Assembly (NCBI GenBank): GCA_963677545.2
Contig: CAXXKH010000048.1
Coordinates: forward strand, 11,048-75,047
DNA length: 64,000 nt
Direction: 5' to 3'
DNA from: Desulfobacterales bacterium
GTDB taxonomy: Bacteria; Desulfobacterota; Desulfobacteria; Desulfobacterales; JAFDDL01
The notes under the pieces are model-generated. The model saw only the letters and a program-made list of their open reading frames with translations, did no database searches and was not told where the DNA came from. Made by a program: the position numbers and the translations under genes. Of this stretch, positions 1 through 10,868 are shown in pieces; position 1 is the first letter of the stretch; the number at the start of each line of letters is the position of its first letter.

Positions 1-750
1 GCCGTGGAAACCAACAAGGGCGCCATCGAATGTCAATACGTGATTGTCTGTCCGGGGCCCTGGGTCAAGTCGTTTTGGGATATGCTGGACCTGCCGGATA
101 GAATCGATGTTAAAGACAGGGTGGGAAAAGTCCACAAGGATGTCAGAATGTGGACCTATTATTGTCTCCAGGAAGGAACTCTCGGGGTCGAGCCCGCCAT
201 GGGGCTGGACAACAGCGGCAAAAGACCTCCGGTTATTCATCTGGATTCGGATGCACCGCTCTACTCCAGCGAGGATGGATCGCTGATCACCGACAAGATG
301 TGGGGAATTTACTATAAACCGGACTTTCATTTCGTGGGCATCCAGGGGGGAGCGGCGCCCTACATTGTCGATGAAAACAATGTCGCCGTGGATCCTTACG
401 GCATCGATTCCCCCTATTATGTCGTGGGGCCGGAGTTCGCTCATATGTGGACGTCGGCGCTGGCCCATTGCCAGAAACGTTATGAGGATAAATTCAGCCG
501 TTTCAAAAACGAACCCTCCGGTGGTCTCGGGGCGTTTACCCCGGACAATTTCCCGATTTTCGATACCTTTTGCGACAACTGCTATTTCATCGCGGATTCA
601 AACCACGGCTACAAAATGATCGGTATCGGCGAACTGGTGGCAAAAGAGGTCCTGGGGCGGAGGCAGTCGCTTCTGGAACCGTTCCGGTTTGAAAGATATC
701 GGACCGGAGATCTTCATCCCGTGTCGAACAGTCCTTTCCCCTGGAGTTAA
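1..750 (+). CDS. FAD-dependent oxidoreductase (DAO/sarcosine oxidase beta family, resembles N-methylglutamate dehydrogenase subunit A), 5' truncated by window edge
   Basis: C-terminal motifs FTPDNFP, IADSNHGYKMIG and LLEPFRF...HPVSNSPFPWS resemble MgdA-type proteins; directly followed by ETF genes. Confidence 0.7.
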   Translation, partial: AVETNKGAIECQYVIVCPGPWVKSFWDMLDLPDRIDVKDRVGKVHKDVRMWTYYCLQEGTLGVEPAMGLDNSGKRPPVIHLDSDAPLYSSEDGSLITDKMWGIYYKPDFHFVGIQGGAAPYIVDENNVAVDPYGIDSPYYVVGPEFAHMWTSALAHCQKRYEDKFSRFKNEPSGGLGAFTPDNFPIFDTFCDNCYFIADSNHGYKMIGIGELVAKEVLGRRQSLLEPFRFERYRTGDLHPVSNSPFPWS

Positions 751-773
751 TCCGTATCGTCCAAGGAGAGCGG

Positions 774-1565
774 ATGAAAATTGTCGTTCTGATAAGACAG
801 GTATCGACGGTTGAAATGAATGCGGATTCCATTGAAAAAGCCTTTGGGAGCGCTTTGTCTTCAAAAAAAGACCAATGGATAATCAATCCCCATGATGAGA
901 TCGCCCTGGAAGAAGCGCTGCAAATCAGGGAAACCCACGGCGGAACGGTTACCGCCCTCTCTTTCGGAAAACCGGTGACGGAGGCCGCGGTTCGAAGGGC
1001 ACTGGCAATGGGGGCTGACTCCGGTGTTCTGATTATGGATGAACTGGCCGGAAACTACAGGGATTTCATGCTGGTAGCCCATATCTACCGGCTTTATCTG
1101 GAAACAGTGGGGGTTGACTTGATCCTCACCGGAAGCAAATCGGTTGACGGACAGAGTTTTCTGGTCGGCCCGGCACTTGCCGAGCTGCTCTCCATTCCCT
1201 GTATTTCGATGGTTGTCAATCAGGAGATAAATGGCAAAATGATCCGTTGCCGTAAAAGCACTGAAAGCAGTGAGATAATCATGGAAACCCCCCTGCCCGC
1301 GCTGCTCACCACCGCGGGGGGATTGAACACACCGCGGTATGTTACTATTCCGGGAATAAAACGCGCGGATAAGAAACCGATCGATGTATTGAACCTTTCC
1401 GAAATCGCTTCAAATGAGACCATCTCCGACCGGTTGATGCCGGAGATTGTCTCGTTTCGGCGGCAGCGTAATAAAAGGTCCTTAAAAATGGCCGTCGGAA
1501 AATCCAGCGAAGAAAAAGTCCGCCATCTTCTGGATATGCTGCACGAAAAGTCAGGAATTCTTTAA
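774..1565 (+). CDS. etfB: Electron transfer flavoprotein beta subunit
   Basis: INPHDEIALEEAL, ALAMGAD, GSKSVDG, NTPRY motifs; RBS AGGAGAG upstream. Confidence 0.92.
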   Translation: MKIVVLIRQVSTVEMNADSIEKAFGSALSSKKDQWIINPHDEIALEEALQIRETHGGTVTALSFGKPVTEAAVRRALAMGADSGVLIMDELAGNYRDFMLVAHIYRLYLETVGVDLILTGSKSVDGQSFLVGPALAELLSIPCISMVVNQEINGKMIRCRKSTESSEIIMETPLPALLTTAGGLNTPRYVTIPGIKRADKKPIDVLNLSEIASNETISDRLMPEIVSFRRQRNKRSLKMAVGKSSEEKVRHLLDMLHEKSGIL

Positions 1566-1577
1566 ACGGGGAAAGCA

Positions 1578-2555
1578 ATGTCATCAAGCATACTGGTCAT
1601 TACGGAGCATAATCAACATCGATTCAGCAAATCAACTTTCAGGCTTCTCAGCATGGCTCGTGAAATGTCCGGAAAAACGAAACACTCCGTGTCGGCATTT
1701 GTTCCGGGGCGAATTTCATCGAAAGCGTTAAAAAAATTAACGGCATACGGCGCGGATCGGATTGTTCTCGTGGAAAATGGAAAACTCGATTCGTTTTCAC
1801 TGGATATCTATACACATGTCGTCTCTTCCATTGTCCTGAAGGAAAACGCCGGAATCGTGTTTCTGAACAACAGCACCTCGCACCAGGAGTTGTCGGCTGC
1901 CCTTGCCGCCCGACTGCGGGCCGGGTGCGCCATCAACTGTACCGATGTGCAAAAGCTGAAAAAGGGATTCCTGGTGTCAAAATATATGTATGGCGTTAAA
2001 GCGAAAACGAAATTCAAACTATCGAACAAAATCCTCATCGCCGCAATGCACACCCTGGAGTTCAAATCGATCCCTTCAAAAGGAGCGGGGCGGATCGTAA
2101 AACAAATCATTCCCGTACCTGACTCACTAGTCAACATTCTGGAGCGCAATACCGACAAAAGTCATTCACCTTTAAGTCGCGCGAAAGTGGTCATCTCCGG
2201 TGGTCGGGGAATCGGCGGGCCTGATTTTTCAATCCTGGAGCAGCTTGCGAAGGAGTTGAACGGGGCAGTGGGGGCTTCCCGATCCGCCGTTGATGCCGGA
2301 TGGCGTCCCGCGAGCTATCAAATCGGACAGACCGGTACGATTGTCTCCCCGGATTTGTACATCGCCTGCGGCATTTCCGGCGCCAGCCAGCATCTGGCGG
2401 GCATCGCCGGATCAAAGATCGTGGCGGCGGTAAACAAGGATGCCGACGCGCCCATTTTTTCAAAATCGGATTACGGCATACAGGGAGATCTTTTTGAAAT
2501 TGTTCCCTGCCTGATAAAAGAGCTGAAAGCTTTTAAATCCCGTCGGGATCAGTGA
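1578..2555 (+). CDS. etfA: Electron transfer flavoprotein alpha subunit
   Basis: [49 protein letters not shown]-binding motifs. Confidence 0.93.
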   Translation: MSSSILVITEHNQHRFSKSTFRLLSMAREMSGKTKHSVSAFVPGRISSKALKKLTAYGADRIVLVENGKLDSFSLDIYTHVVSSIVLKENAGIVFLNNSTSHQELSAALAARLRAGCAINCTDVQKLKKGFLVSKYMYGVKAKTKFKLSNKILIAAMHTLEFKSIPSKGAGRIVKQIIPVPDSLVNILERNTDKSHSPLSRAKVVISGGRGIGGPDFSILEQLAKELNGAVGASRSAVDAGWRPASYQIGQTGTIVSPDLYIACGISGASQHLAGIAGSKIVAAVNKDADAPIFSKSDYGIQGDLFEIVPCLIKELKAFKSRRDQ

Positions 2556-2563
2556 GGAGATAG

Positions 2564-3451
2564 ATGTCAAATTCAAGAGAAATTCTCACTTTTCAAATTG
2601 AAGATATCACCGATGAAACGGACATCCCGTTCGCGACTTCTCACCTTGGGTGCGATTGCATGAACCAGGCCGCCCACAGGCACTCCTTCTATGAAATATT
2701 CTATATCGCCTCCGCGTCAGGGTATCATATTGTCGATTCGGAACCGTTGAAAGTCGACCCGCCGCTCTTCTACTTCATTTCTCCCGGACAGATCCACTCC
2801 TGGGAGCTGGCCAGGGCCTTTGAGGGTTTTTTTCTGGCGTTCAGCGAGGAGTTTCTCGTCTTTCCAGCCTCGGGTTTCAGCACGATAGAGGAGGTGACAT
2901 TCTTCCACACCGTCAGCCAATCGCCGGAGCTGCACATCGACGAGGAACAAGCCGGGGAAACCTTTGAATTACTGCGGGATATCAACAGCGAATACGAGGG
3001 CCGGGAGTCCAACCGGGCATCGGTATTGAGGGCCTATCTCCACATCCTGATCGCCCGGCTGCAGCGACTGACACACAGCAATCAAAAGAAGACAAAACCA
3101 TTCCACCGATCATCGCTGGTCAGAAGGTTCAAACATCTCGTAACAAAAAACCTTCTGAACAGGTTGTCGGTGCGGGAATACGCCGAGACTATGGGAATAA
3201 GTGCAAGCCACCTGAACAACGTAATGAAATCCATGACGGGGTATACGCCCGCGCAGCTGATTCACAATGAGATAATGCTCGAAGCGAAGCGCCTGCTGAT
3301 CCATAGCGATCTCACGGTGTCGGAGGTCGGGTATTGCCTCAATTTTGAAGACCCCTCCTACTTTTCCCGATTCTTCAAACGTGAAACCGGATTGAACCCG
3401 AAACAGTTTCGAACGGGAATTCGTGAAAAATACCAGATTTTCAAGGAATAG
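2564..3451 (+). CDS. AraC family transcriptional regulator (cupin + HTH)
   Basis: HRHSFYE cupin motif; C-terminal EAKRLL...FEDPSYFSRFFKRETG AraC signature. Confidence 0.92.
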   Translation: MSNSREILTFQIEDITDETDIPFATSHLGCDCMNQAAHRHSFYEIFYIASASGYHIVDSEPLKVDPPLFYFISPGQIHSWELARAFEGFFLAFSEEFLVFPASGFSTIEEVTFFHTVSQSPELHIDEEQAGETFELLRDINSEYEGRESNRASVLRAYLHILIARLQRLTHSNQKKTKPFHRSSLVRRFKHLVTKNLLNRLSVREYAETMGISASHLNNVMKSMTGYTPAQLIHNEIMLEAKRLLIHSDLTVSEVGYCLNFEDPSYFSRFFKRETGLNPKQFRTGIREKYQIFKE

Positions 3452-3542
3452 TCCCTTCTATAATTATTTCAAAATCCCTATTATGTCTTCGATTCATTTG
3501 GGAGGAGTCAAAAACGTTAACTCTCCCCGGCGTTACCTGTAG

Positions 3543-3639
3543 AGCCATGTTCAAAACGTTTTCCCGACACAAGCGGGATCAAGCCCAAAGCGGATCGCCC
3601 TCCCGGGGATAGGCCAAAAGGGATGTTTTGAAATTGGCT
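3543..3639. repeat. Miniature inverted-repeat element, copy A (97 bp)
   Basis: Ends AGCCATGTTCAAAACG...TGTTTTGAAATTGGCT; aligns along its whole length with the reverse complement of copy B (27094-27192). Confidence 0.85.
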
Positions 3640-3688
3640 GTGTAGTTTGAGTTTTGATTTACAACAAAATAGCAAGGAGTGTGAAAAC

Positions 3689-4078
3689 ATGAAAGTAGGC
3701 GCCGTCACATTTGACGCAAAAAATCCGGAAGAACTGTCCGATTTTTATCAAAAGCTGTTGGGATGGAAGAAGATGCATAACAACACGGAGGACGGCAACT
3801 TTATTATTGTCTACAGTGAAGACGAAAAAGGCCCCATGTTGCTTTTTCAGGAGGATCCCGATTACGAGCCGCCCGTATGGCCCTCCGAGAAGGGGCGCCA
3901 GCAAACAATGGTACACATAGATATCCATGTAACAAAGGATGAGTACGAAGATGCTATCCGGCATGCCATTTCATGCGGAGCTACCCCTGCAAAAACACAA
4001 TTTTCAGATAAATGGAAAGTGATGATAGATCCCGCGGGTCACCCTTTCTGCATAGAGCCGCTTATACAAAGCGAATAA
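3689..4078 (+). CDS. VOC/glyoxalase-like family protein
   Basis: LSDFYQKLLGW, PVWP...QQTMVHIDI, DPAGHPFCI; RBS AAGGAG before ATG 3689. Confidence 0.88.
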   Translation: MKVGAVTFDAKNPEELSDFYQKLLGWKKMHNNTEDGNFIIVYSEDEKGPMLLFQEDPDYEPPVWPSEKGRQQTMVHIDIHVTKDEYEDAIRHAISCGATPAKTQFSDKWKVMIDPAGHPFCIEPLIQSE

Positions 4079-4171
4079 TAGCCTTATATAGCGGCATTAA
4101 GCTTTGTTTCGAGGATTAGAAAATTCCTTTGGAATATGACTTTAACGGTTATCAAAAGGAAATAAATAGAT

Positions 4172-5774
4172 ATGAATAGACGATGTTATCCGGCAGTCGT
4201 TTGTCTGACGTCCTTACTGTTGTGCTTTTCCTGCTCGAAAAAAAATCGCGTGGTTTCACCCGAAGCGAAAGTCACTGGCCCCGTAGCGGTATCTTCCACA
4301 TCATACCCCTTCAACGCGGCGGACCATTCCGAAAAACCCCAGGATCTTTCGGCCTTCAATTACGTCGAAGAGGAGTATTTCATCAGCGGCAACGCCAATG
4401 TGTATGATTACGATTCCGAAGGAAATGTAATTATAAAAACGCCTGATGCACCGTATACGACACGAATCCTTATCCGGCGCCCCGTGGACAAATCAAGCTT
4501 CAGCGGAAATGTTGTCGTGGAACTCAACAATCCGACAGCCCTGTATGATATGGATCTTCAGTGGATGTTCTGCAGGGATTTTTTTCTTGAAAACAGTGAT
4601 ATCTGGGTCGGCGTGACGGTAAAACCCGTTGCCCTCAAAGCCCTCCAGGCATTCAATCCGGAGCGATACGCCCCACTCTCGATGAATAATCCCCAGCCCA
4701 CTGATAAGAGGTGTGAACCCGAGCCCTCTACCCCTGTCGACACGACATCGGAAACCGAAAATGGTCTGGTGTGGGATATTATCAGCCAGGTGGGGGCGCT
4801 CTTGAAAAGCGACAGGGAGGCAAACCCTATCAGGGGCTATAGAGTGGATTACCTGATCGCCACCGGATATTCCCAGACAGGCGGCTATCTCACCACCTAC
4901 ATCAATCTCATACATCCACTCGATACGGCGAAGCTTTCCGACGGAAGCCCCATATACGACGGCTACATGATCGGTGACGGGGATGCATTCATGTTTCCCC
5001 TCAATCAATGCGTCGATGCAGTCCCCCCCCGGAGAAGACGGCGTGGTAATCAAACCCCGCGGGATTCCCATAATCAGCGTGGTCACCCAGGGTTTGCTGA
5101 GCAACACGGCTGTGGCCAGAAGACCGGACAGCGATACGCCGGAGGACATGTTCAGGCGGTATGAGATTCCCGGCGCCGCGCATATCAATCAGAACTGTAA
5201 TGATAACATGCCGTGTGCCGCCGACACTGCAAGAGCGGGCATTCCGGCAGGGGCAGCGAACTGTGAAGGTGTCGTTGAATATGGTGTAACGGATTTTCCC
5301 ATCGAGTTTTTCATGAACAGTGCCTACAACAATCTCTATACCTGGTTGAGAAAAGGTACGCCGCCGCCCAAGGCCGATCCCATCGAAACGGAGGAGCTGA
5401 AAGCCGGCGAGGAATTCCATGTCAAACTGGATGCACACGGAAATGCCCTCGGAGGCGTCAGGAACCCGTATGTAGATATTCCCACTGCAACATACTATGG
5501 GCAGAGCAATCCCTTGGATGAAGCCAGTGCTTTTTTCTGCATGCTTGCCGGACACAAGGTGCCGTTTGATGACGACAAAATTCAGCGTCTATACCCGACG
5601 CGTGAGGATTACCTGAACAGGGTCAATGCCATGGTGGACAAAATGGTGGAAGAGCGGTTTCTGACAGAATCGGACGGGAAGCAGTTGAAAGCTTCGGCGA
5701 GTCAATCGATCCTAAAAACTGGGAGATCCGGGCAGACTTCAGGGGCATCTACTTTAAGACCCGGTAATCTTTAA
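4172..5774 (+). pseudogene. Lipoprotein with alpha/beta hydrolase domain, split by +1 frameshift in C8 run at 5023-5030
   Basis: Lipobox-like FSC; YVEEEYFISG, FSGNVVVE and GYSQTG in ORF 4172-5164; YEIPGAAH and DAHGNALGGVR in overlapping ORF 4974-5774; seven C instead of eight would join them. Confidence 0.8.
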
Positions 5775-5818
5775 AGTTTTTATTAAATCCATAATATCTG
5801 TTAAGGGAATATCCACCA

Positions 5819-6493
5819 ATGAAAACAATCGATAATATTCAAGTAAGTATAAATACTGAAACAGTAAAAAAGAAAATTGGCATAGCCGACGATTCCGATG
5901 AATTTGATGAACTGGAGGAAATGACTAAGCAGGCTCTTACCACGGCAAAGCCGAAAGCAGCTTACAGGGAGGTTTTTGTAGATAAAATAAGTGAAGATAC
6001 AGTTGTCATAGAAAAGGTTAATTTTACAAGCAAAGTAATGCGGTCTAACCTTAAAAATGCAGGGCGAGTATTTGCCTGTGTGCTGACATGTGGCCGGGAA
6101 ATTGACGAATGGGCAAAGGGATTTACGGATATGATGGATAAGTATCTTGCTGATAATATTATGGAGATTATCTTGTATAAAGCAGGAGAATATTTATTCA
6201 ATACCATATCCGAAACATATGGCATCGAGAAGACCGGCTGGATGTCTCCGGGGTCTCTTCCCGACTGGCCTGTTAACGGGCAATCATCATTATTTGAACT
6301 TCTGGGTGATGTTGAAAATGAAATCGGTGTCAAGCTGACTGAAAAACAGATGCTTTACCCGATAAAATCGGTTTCAGGAATCCTTTTCCCTTCCGACATC
6401 AACTATGTCAGTTGTATGCTTTGTACGAAAAAAAAATGTGGTTCCAGAAGAGCCGATTTTGATGCTGAATTGTATAAAACCAAACTGGGATAA
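5819..6493 (+). CDS. Stand-alone vitamin B12-dependent methionine synthase activation-domain-like protein
   Basis: MSPGSLPDWP, IGVKLTEKQMLYPIKSVSG and C-terminal CxxCxxxxCxxR. Confidence 0.85.
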   Translation: MKTIDNIQVSINTETVKKKIGIADDSDEFDELEEMTKQALTTAKPKAAYREVFVDKISEDTVVIEKVNFTSKVMRSNLKNAGRVFACVLTCGREIDEWAKGFTDMMDKYLADNIMEIILYKAGEYLFNTISETYGIEKTGWMSPGSLPDWPVNGQSSLFELLGDVENEIGVKLTEKQMLYPIKSVSGILFPSDINYVSCMLCTKKKCGSRRADFDAELYKTKLG

Positions 6494-6711
6494 AACCATC
6501 TTCGCGAAAATTCGCACACTCTGCATACGCCTCGGTTATAATGTGAAAAATCCGGGGCAATGAACTCACCCCTTGAATTTTGAGGAAATATTTGCATAAT
6601 TGGAACTATACGAATTTTCGTTTGCTTATTGAAATGCAGTACGAAACGGTTGCTCGTGTTGAGCAGGTACAAAACTTGAAAAGACGCTATTAGATTTGAA
6701 AAAGACCGTCA

Positions 6712-7848
6712 ATGGAAAGCTCCTTTAATATCGTTGACATTATCCTGTTGCTCGGTACAACCCAGGGTATCTTTCTGGCCCTCCTGCTTTTTAACAAGCC
6801 GATCAATAAACAACCGAATCGACTTCTGGCCTTATTAGTCATTTCTTATTCCGCTTTTATCGTCGAATCCTCAATATCGGGTACCAGGATCGCCGAAACG
6901 TTTCCACACATTCTCGGTTTGGCCGCTGGTGTGGTATTTTTGGACGGCCCCCTGCACTTTTTGTATGCCCGCTCATTGCTTTCACCCGACATCGGCTTGT
7001 CCAAAAAGGATCTATGCCACTTTGCCCTTTTTTTCGTCTTTTATATCTATTTCCTGTTTCCATTTTATATACAGAGCGGCGCATATAAAATAGCCTTTAT
7101 TCAATCGGCCGAACAATACGGATCGGCGCCCGCCCTTGTGTTTTTCAGTTGGGCGGTCTTGATCCAAGGCCTGTTATATATGATCGCCACCTTCCGGTTG
7201 CTTCAAAAACATTCTGAAAATATAAAAGAAAATTTTTCTTCGATCGAGCGGATAAACCTCGGTTGGTTAAAAAACATCACCCTTATGACCATGGTCACCT
7301 GGACTCTCGGCATCCTTATCGAGTGCCTGCAGATATTTGGCATGGACGCTTCCGTGGAGGCAGCGGTGCCACTGGCGATCGCTGTCCTGATATATGCCAT
7401 GGGGTATATGGGATTGAGACAACCCGAGATTTTTTCAGGCGCCGGAGAACAGGCCGAAACAAAAGATTTAAAAAAATACGAGCGGTCCGGTCTGACCAAG
7501 GATAAGGCCCATGCACTCCACGACAAACTTGTTCATCTGATGGAAACCCGAAAACCATATGCTGACCCGAACCTGAAACTTCGGCATTTGGCGCATTTGA
7601 TTGCCACCACACCGAATTACCTCTCACAAGTCATCAATGAAGAACGGCAACAAAATTTTTACGATTTTGTAAACCGGTATCGTATCGATGCGGCCAGGGG
7701 ACTGATAACCGATCCGGCCAACCGGGAGGAGACGCTACTGTCCATCGCCTATTCGGTGGGATTCAATTCCAAATCGGCCTTTAACACGGCATTTAAAAAA
7801 AACACCGGCATGACCCCTTCCCAATTTAAAAAATCCTCGGCAGCATAG
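6712..7848 (+). CDS. Membrane-anchored AraC family regulator
   Basis: Multiple N-terminal hydrophobic segments; KKYERSGL, NFYDFVNRYRI, GFNSKSAFNTAFKK AraC HTH. Confidence 0.9.
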   Translation: MESSFNIVDIILLLGTTQGIFLALLLFNKPINKQPNRLLALLVISYSAFIVESSISGTRIAETFPHILGLAAGVVFLDGPLHFLYARSLLSPDIGLSKKDLCHFALFFVFYIYFLFPFYIQSGAYKIAFIQSAEQYGSAPALVFFSWAVLIQGLLYMIATFRLLQKHSENIKENFSSIERINLGWLKNITLMTMVTWTLGILIECLQIFGMDASVEAAVPLAIAVLIYAMGYMGLRQPEIFSGAGEQAETKDLKKYERSGLTKDKAHALHDKLVHLMETRKPYADPNLKLRHLAHLIATTPNYLSQVINEERQQNFYDFVNRYRIDAARGLITDPANREETLLSIAYSVGFNSKSAFNTAFKKNTGMTPSQFKKSSAA

Positions 7849-8196
7849 TTGACTTCGAAAAAAAAGGGTGTTTTTGTCATTTTCTCGATTTTTTTCGAAA
7901 AAGGCCCCCTTCTCTCTTCCTGGCTTGCATACAGTTTATAACCTTCTAATTATACAGCCCTTACACACCGGAACCATCTCTTCCAAAAGGTTCGAACCTA
8001 TAGGTTAACCCCAATTCCATGGCCCCATCGCGTTCGGGCTTATAGGGCGAGGCGACGGATTTTCCGAAAGCGGTAAGGTGGCTCAGGTCGAATACGGCAA
8101 TAACCATTCGATCTGTTTCAGCAACGTCAGTTGACAACTTTTAAAAGGGAAATTTTATCGAATTCAACGGAACACTTTTTGAGAAAGGAACGCATC

Positions 8197-9033
8197 ATGA
8201 AAAAAATCAAACCGCTTCTCGTCGCGATGGCAATTTTATTCGCCGTGGAAACTATTCAGGCCGGGCAGGACGGCTGGAATTTCGAACTGGGCGCCGGGGT
8301 ATGCGGTGAAAATGTCTACCCTGGTTCGGATGAATATTATGTCGTCCCCGTACCGAATCTTAAAGTATCTTACACCCGCGGCGTCCTTGACTATTCCCTC
8401 TCCGTTCTGGAGGGGGCGAGCGTAACGTATACGAGTCCGGGTTCGGGATTCCTTGTCAGCTTTAATGTCAACGCCGGGTCGACTCGCAACTCGGAAACAT
8501 ACTCGATCTTGGGGATCGATGTGGATCACAGCGACAAAACCCGAAAACGCCTGGAAGGAACTCCCAATCTGAAGACGTCGGCGACAGTGGAGACGATGTT
8601 GGCCTATCCGACCCCGGTCGGCCTTTTCGGCCTCTCTGCGGCTTATCATCCCACGTCCGTAAAATACAAAAACTCCGGACAAAGTAAAGAAACCGTTCAT
8701 GGCTTTATCTATTCGGCCCTCTATACGATCGGCGGCCCCGTAACGGATCATATGGCATTATCCGGCCTGGTAGGCTTCGAGTTTATGGATAAAAACTACG
8801 CGGACGCATGGTACGGCGTTGACCAGCCCACCGAAATGCTCCCCGGCTTCAAGGCGAATGCCGGATGGCGCAGCGGCATGATTTCCGTGGAAGTGAACTA
8901 CCGGCTTTCGAAACGCATCGAGTTGATTGCGGTGGGGGGTAGTACCATTCTTTTGGGTGATGCCCAGGAAAGTCCTTTCACCGTCGAAAAAAACCAACAC
9001 GCCCTAAGCGTGCAAACCGTTTATCGTTTTTAA
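8197..9033 (+). CDS. MipA/OmpV family outer membrane protein
   Basis: Signal peptide MKKIKPLLVAMAILFA; YPGSDEY, LGDAQESP motifs; C-terminal YRF. Confidence 0.82.
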   Translation: MKKIKPLLVAMAILFAVETIQAGQDGWNFELGAGVCGENVYPGSDEYYVVPVPNLKVSYTRGVLDYSLSVLEGASVTYTSPGSGFLVSFNVNAGSTRNSETYSILGIDVDHSDKTRKRLEGTPNLKTSATVETMLAYPTPVGLFGLSAAYHPTSVKYKNSGQSKETVHGFIYSALYTIGGPVTDHMALSGLVGFEFMDKNYADAWYGVDQPTEMLPGFKANAGWRSGMISVEVNYRLSKRIELIAVGGSTILLGDAQESPFTVEKNQHALSVQTVYRF

Positions 9034-9085
9034 AAGAAACCATTGAGTAGGGCAAAATGGATTTGCCCGGATTAAGGAGAAAAAA

Positions 9086-9415
9086 ATGTTATCCATGTTT
9101 CTTCGCCCAATAAGAAAAACATTACAGACGACGTCGCCGGCTACGCTTCCCGCCAATGATTCGAAACGGCGGACGGCAACCGAAGCGGAAGCATCTTTCG
9201 GGGTACCCGGGGAGCACGTTTCTATTTCACCCGATACGGGGAAAACGCTGTGCGAATATCTGGAGATTATCATCGGCAATGCCGAGTTTATGCAAATAAG
9301 GTATGGGGAAAGCATCCCCTTGAGAAACATAACCGCTATCGCGGAGAAGGCGATAGCCGAAATCCGCTCTATTAAAACAGAGAGCGATCATACGCAAAAA
9401 CAGATGTATAGATAG
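9086..9415 (+). CDS. Hypothetical protein
   Basis: Strong RBS AAGGAG; stop abuts RBS of next gene; no recognised family. Confidence 0.45.
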   Translation: MLSMFLRPIRKTLQTTSPATLPANDSKRRTATEAEASFGVPGEHVSISPDTGKTLCEYLEIIIGNAEFMQIRYGESIPLRNITAIAEKAIAEIRSIKTESDHTQKQMYR

Positions 9416-9423
9416 GAGATAAT

Positions 9424-10245
9424 ATGACGGTTGAAAAATATAACCATCCATACCTTTTTTATGGGTTGTCGACTTCGATTCCATGGTTGTTCTGGTTCGT
9501 TGCCGCCTATGTAAGTCATTTGGAACCGACGAATCAATATTTTGGAGCTATAGTGGCGATTTCAGGGATAATCGGATTGCTCGCTCCAGCGATTGCAGCC
9601 TTTGCGATGATATGGCCATATCCGGATTTACGGCAAGATCTTAAACGACGCATTATTGGTCTCAGGGGGGTTAAATCCGTTTATTTATTCTTTGCCTGTT
9701 TCACCATGTTCGCCAGTATTATTGCAGCCCAGGCTGTATCCCTGCTTTTCGGACATGGTATGGACCAATTTTCATTTTCAGGAATGTCATCCTTTTCCGC
9801 CGGGATTTTTCCGGGCTGGTTTCTGCTGATTTTAGCGCCGCTTGTCGAAGAACTTGCATGGCATTCATATGGAACGGACTGCCTGAGGCTGCGAATGAAT
9901 CTGTTAAAAACATCCATACTATTCGGTGTTTATTGGGCGCTGTGGCATATCCCATTGTCTTTTATAAAGAACTATTACCACAGCAACGTTGCTGAAACAG
10001 GATTGCTTTACAGCCTTAATTTTATGGTAAGCCTTATTCCCTATGTTGTTTTGATGAACTGGCTATATTATAAAACAGATCGCAGCATTCTTGTCGCGGT
10101 TGTCTTTCATATTACGGCCGGCGTTTTCAATGAGATGTTTCAAACGCATCCGGATAGCAAGGTGATTCAAACCGTACTTTTATTACTGCTTTCCATTATA
10201 GTGATCTTAAAGGACCGCCAATTTTTTTTAAATCGGGTTGGGTAA
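9424..10245 (+). CDS. CPBP/CAAX family intramembrane metalloprotease
   Basis: EELAW, WALWH and FH...N motifs in a polytopic membrane protein. Confidence 0.9.
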   Translation: MTVEKYNHPYLFYGLSTSIPWLFWFVAAYVSHLEPTNQYFGAIVAISGIIGLLAPAIAAFAMIWPYPDLRQDLKRRIIGLRGVKSVYLFFACFTMFASIIAAQAVSLLFGHGMDQFSFSGMSSFSAGIFPGWFLLILAPLVEELAWHSYGTDCLRLRMNLLKTSILFGVYWALWHIPLSFIKNYYHSNVAETGLLYSLNFMVSLIPYVVLMNWLYYKTDRSILVAVVFHITAGVFNEMFQTHPDSKVIQTVLLLLLSIIVILKDRQFFLNRVG

Positions 10246-10388
10246 AGCCCCCGGTAATCTCGGGCTTCCCCAAGCAGCATTTTCAGCAATATCATCGGGC
10301 GACCGCAGCCAACTTTTTCAGGTCGATCTCGTCAACGCCATTTTTTCACCGTATCAAGTTTTCTTCTCTTTTTTGCCATAAATCATGT

Positions 10389-10417
10389 CTTGACACAAAA
10401 TATCGTTCATAATAGCA
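10389..10417 (+). promoter_or_regulatory. Sigma70-type promoter for riboswitch 1
   Basis: TTGACA-N17-TAGCAT; the same block recurs at 14188-14216. Confidence 0.6.
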
Positions 10418-10524
10418 TTTCCGTTTTGTATAATTGCATACTATTAAAAACGATCAAATAATTACTATATTTTTCCTTGGAAAAGAATGTAATAACATTG
10501 TAAGAAATTGATATTGAAATAGAA

Positions 10525-10606
10525 ATGAGGAAGCCGGGTGAAATTCCCGCACTGGCCCGCAACTGTGATTCCGGTGTTATTGACACCGGATAAGTCAGGT
10601 ACTCAT
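10525..10606 (+). ncRNA. Cobalamin riboswitch 1 (short, class-II-like)
   Basis: GGAAGCCGGGTGAAATTCCCGCACTGGCCCGCAACTGT core, AAGTCAG B12-box-like segment, closing helix ATGAG/CTCAT. Confidence 0.85.
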
Positions 10607-10681
10607 ATAACTGAATATCCTCGAGGACCGGGATGGCTTATAGCACTCCAGCTTTCATTGGATTTGGTTGATGCCATGATT

Positions 10682-10710
10682 AAAGATACGCCCGGGCGTG
10701 TCTTTTTTTT
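10682..10710 (+). terminator. Intrinsic terminator (attenuator) of riboswitch 1
   Basis: AAAGATACGCCCGGGCGTGTCTTT hairpin followed by T-run. Confidence 0.8.
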
Positions 10711-10868
10711 ATATAGTATTGCTCTTTGTTGTAGATCCTCCATCCTCAATGGTTATTCCCGATTCGATTATCGAAAAATACTTCTTATATGATTTACCTC
10801 TTTTTTTGTCTCTTCATAGCGTTGAGCGAACCATCGAAAAGAGAGCAATCATTTCATCAACTAACATA

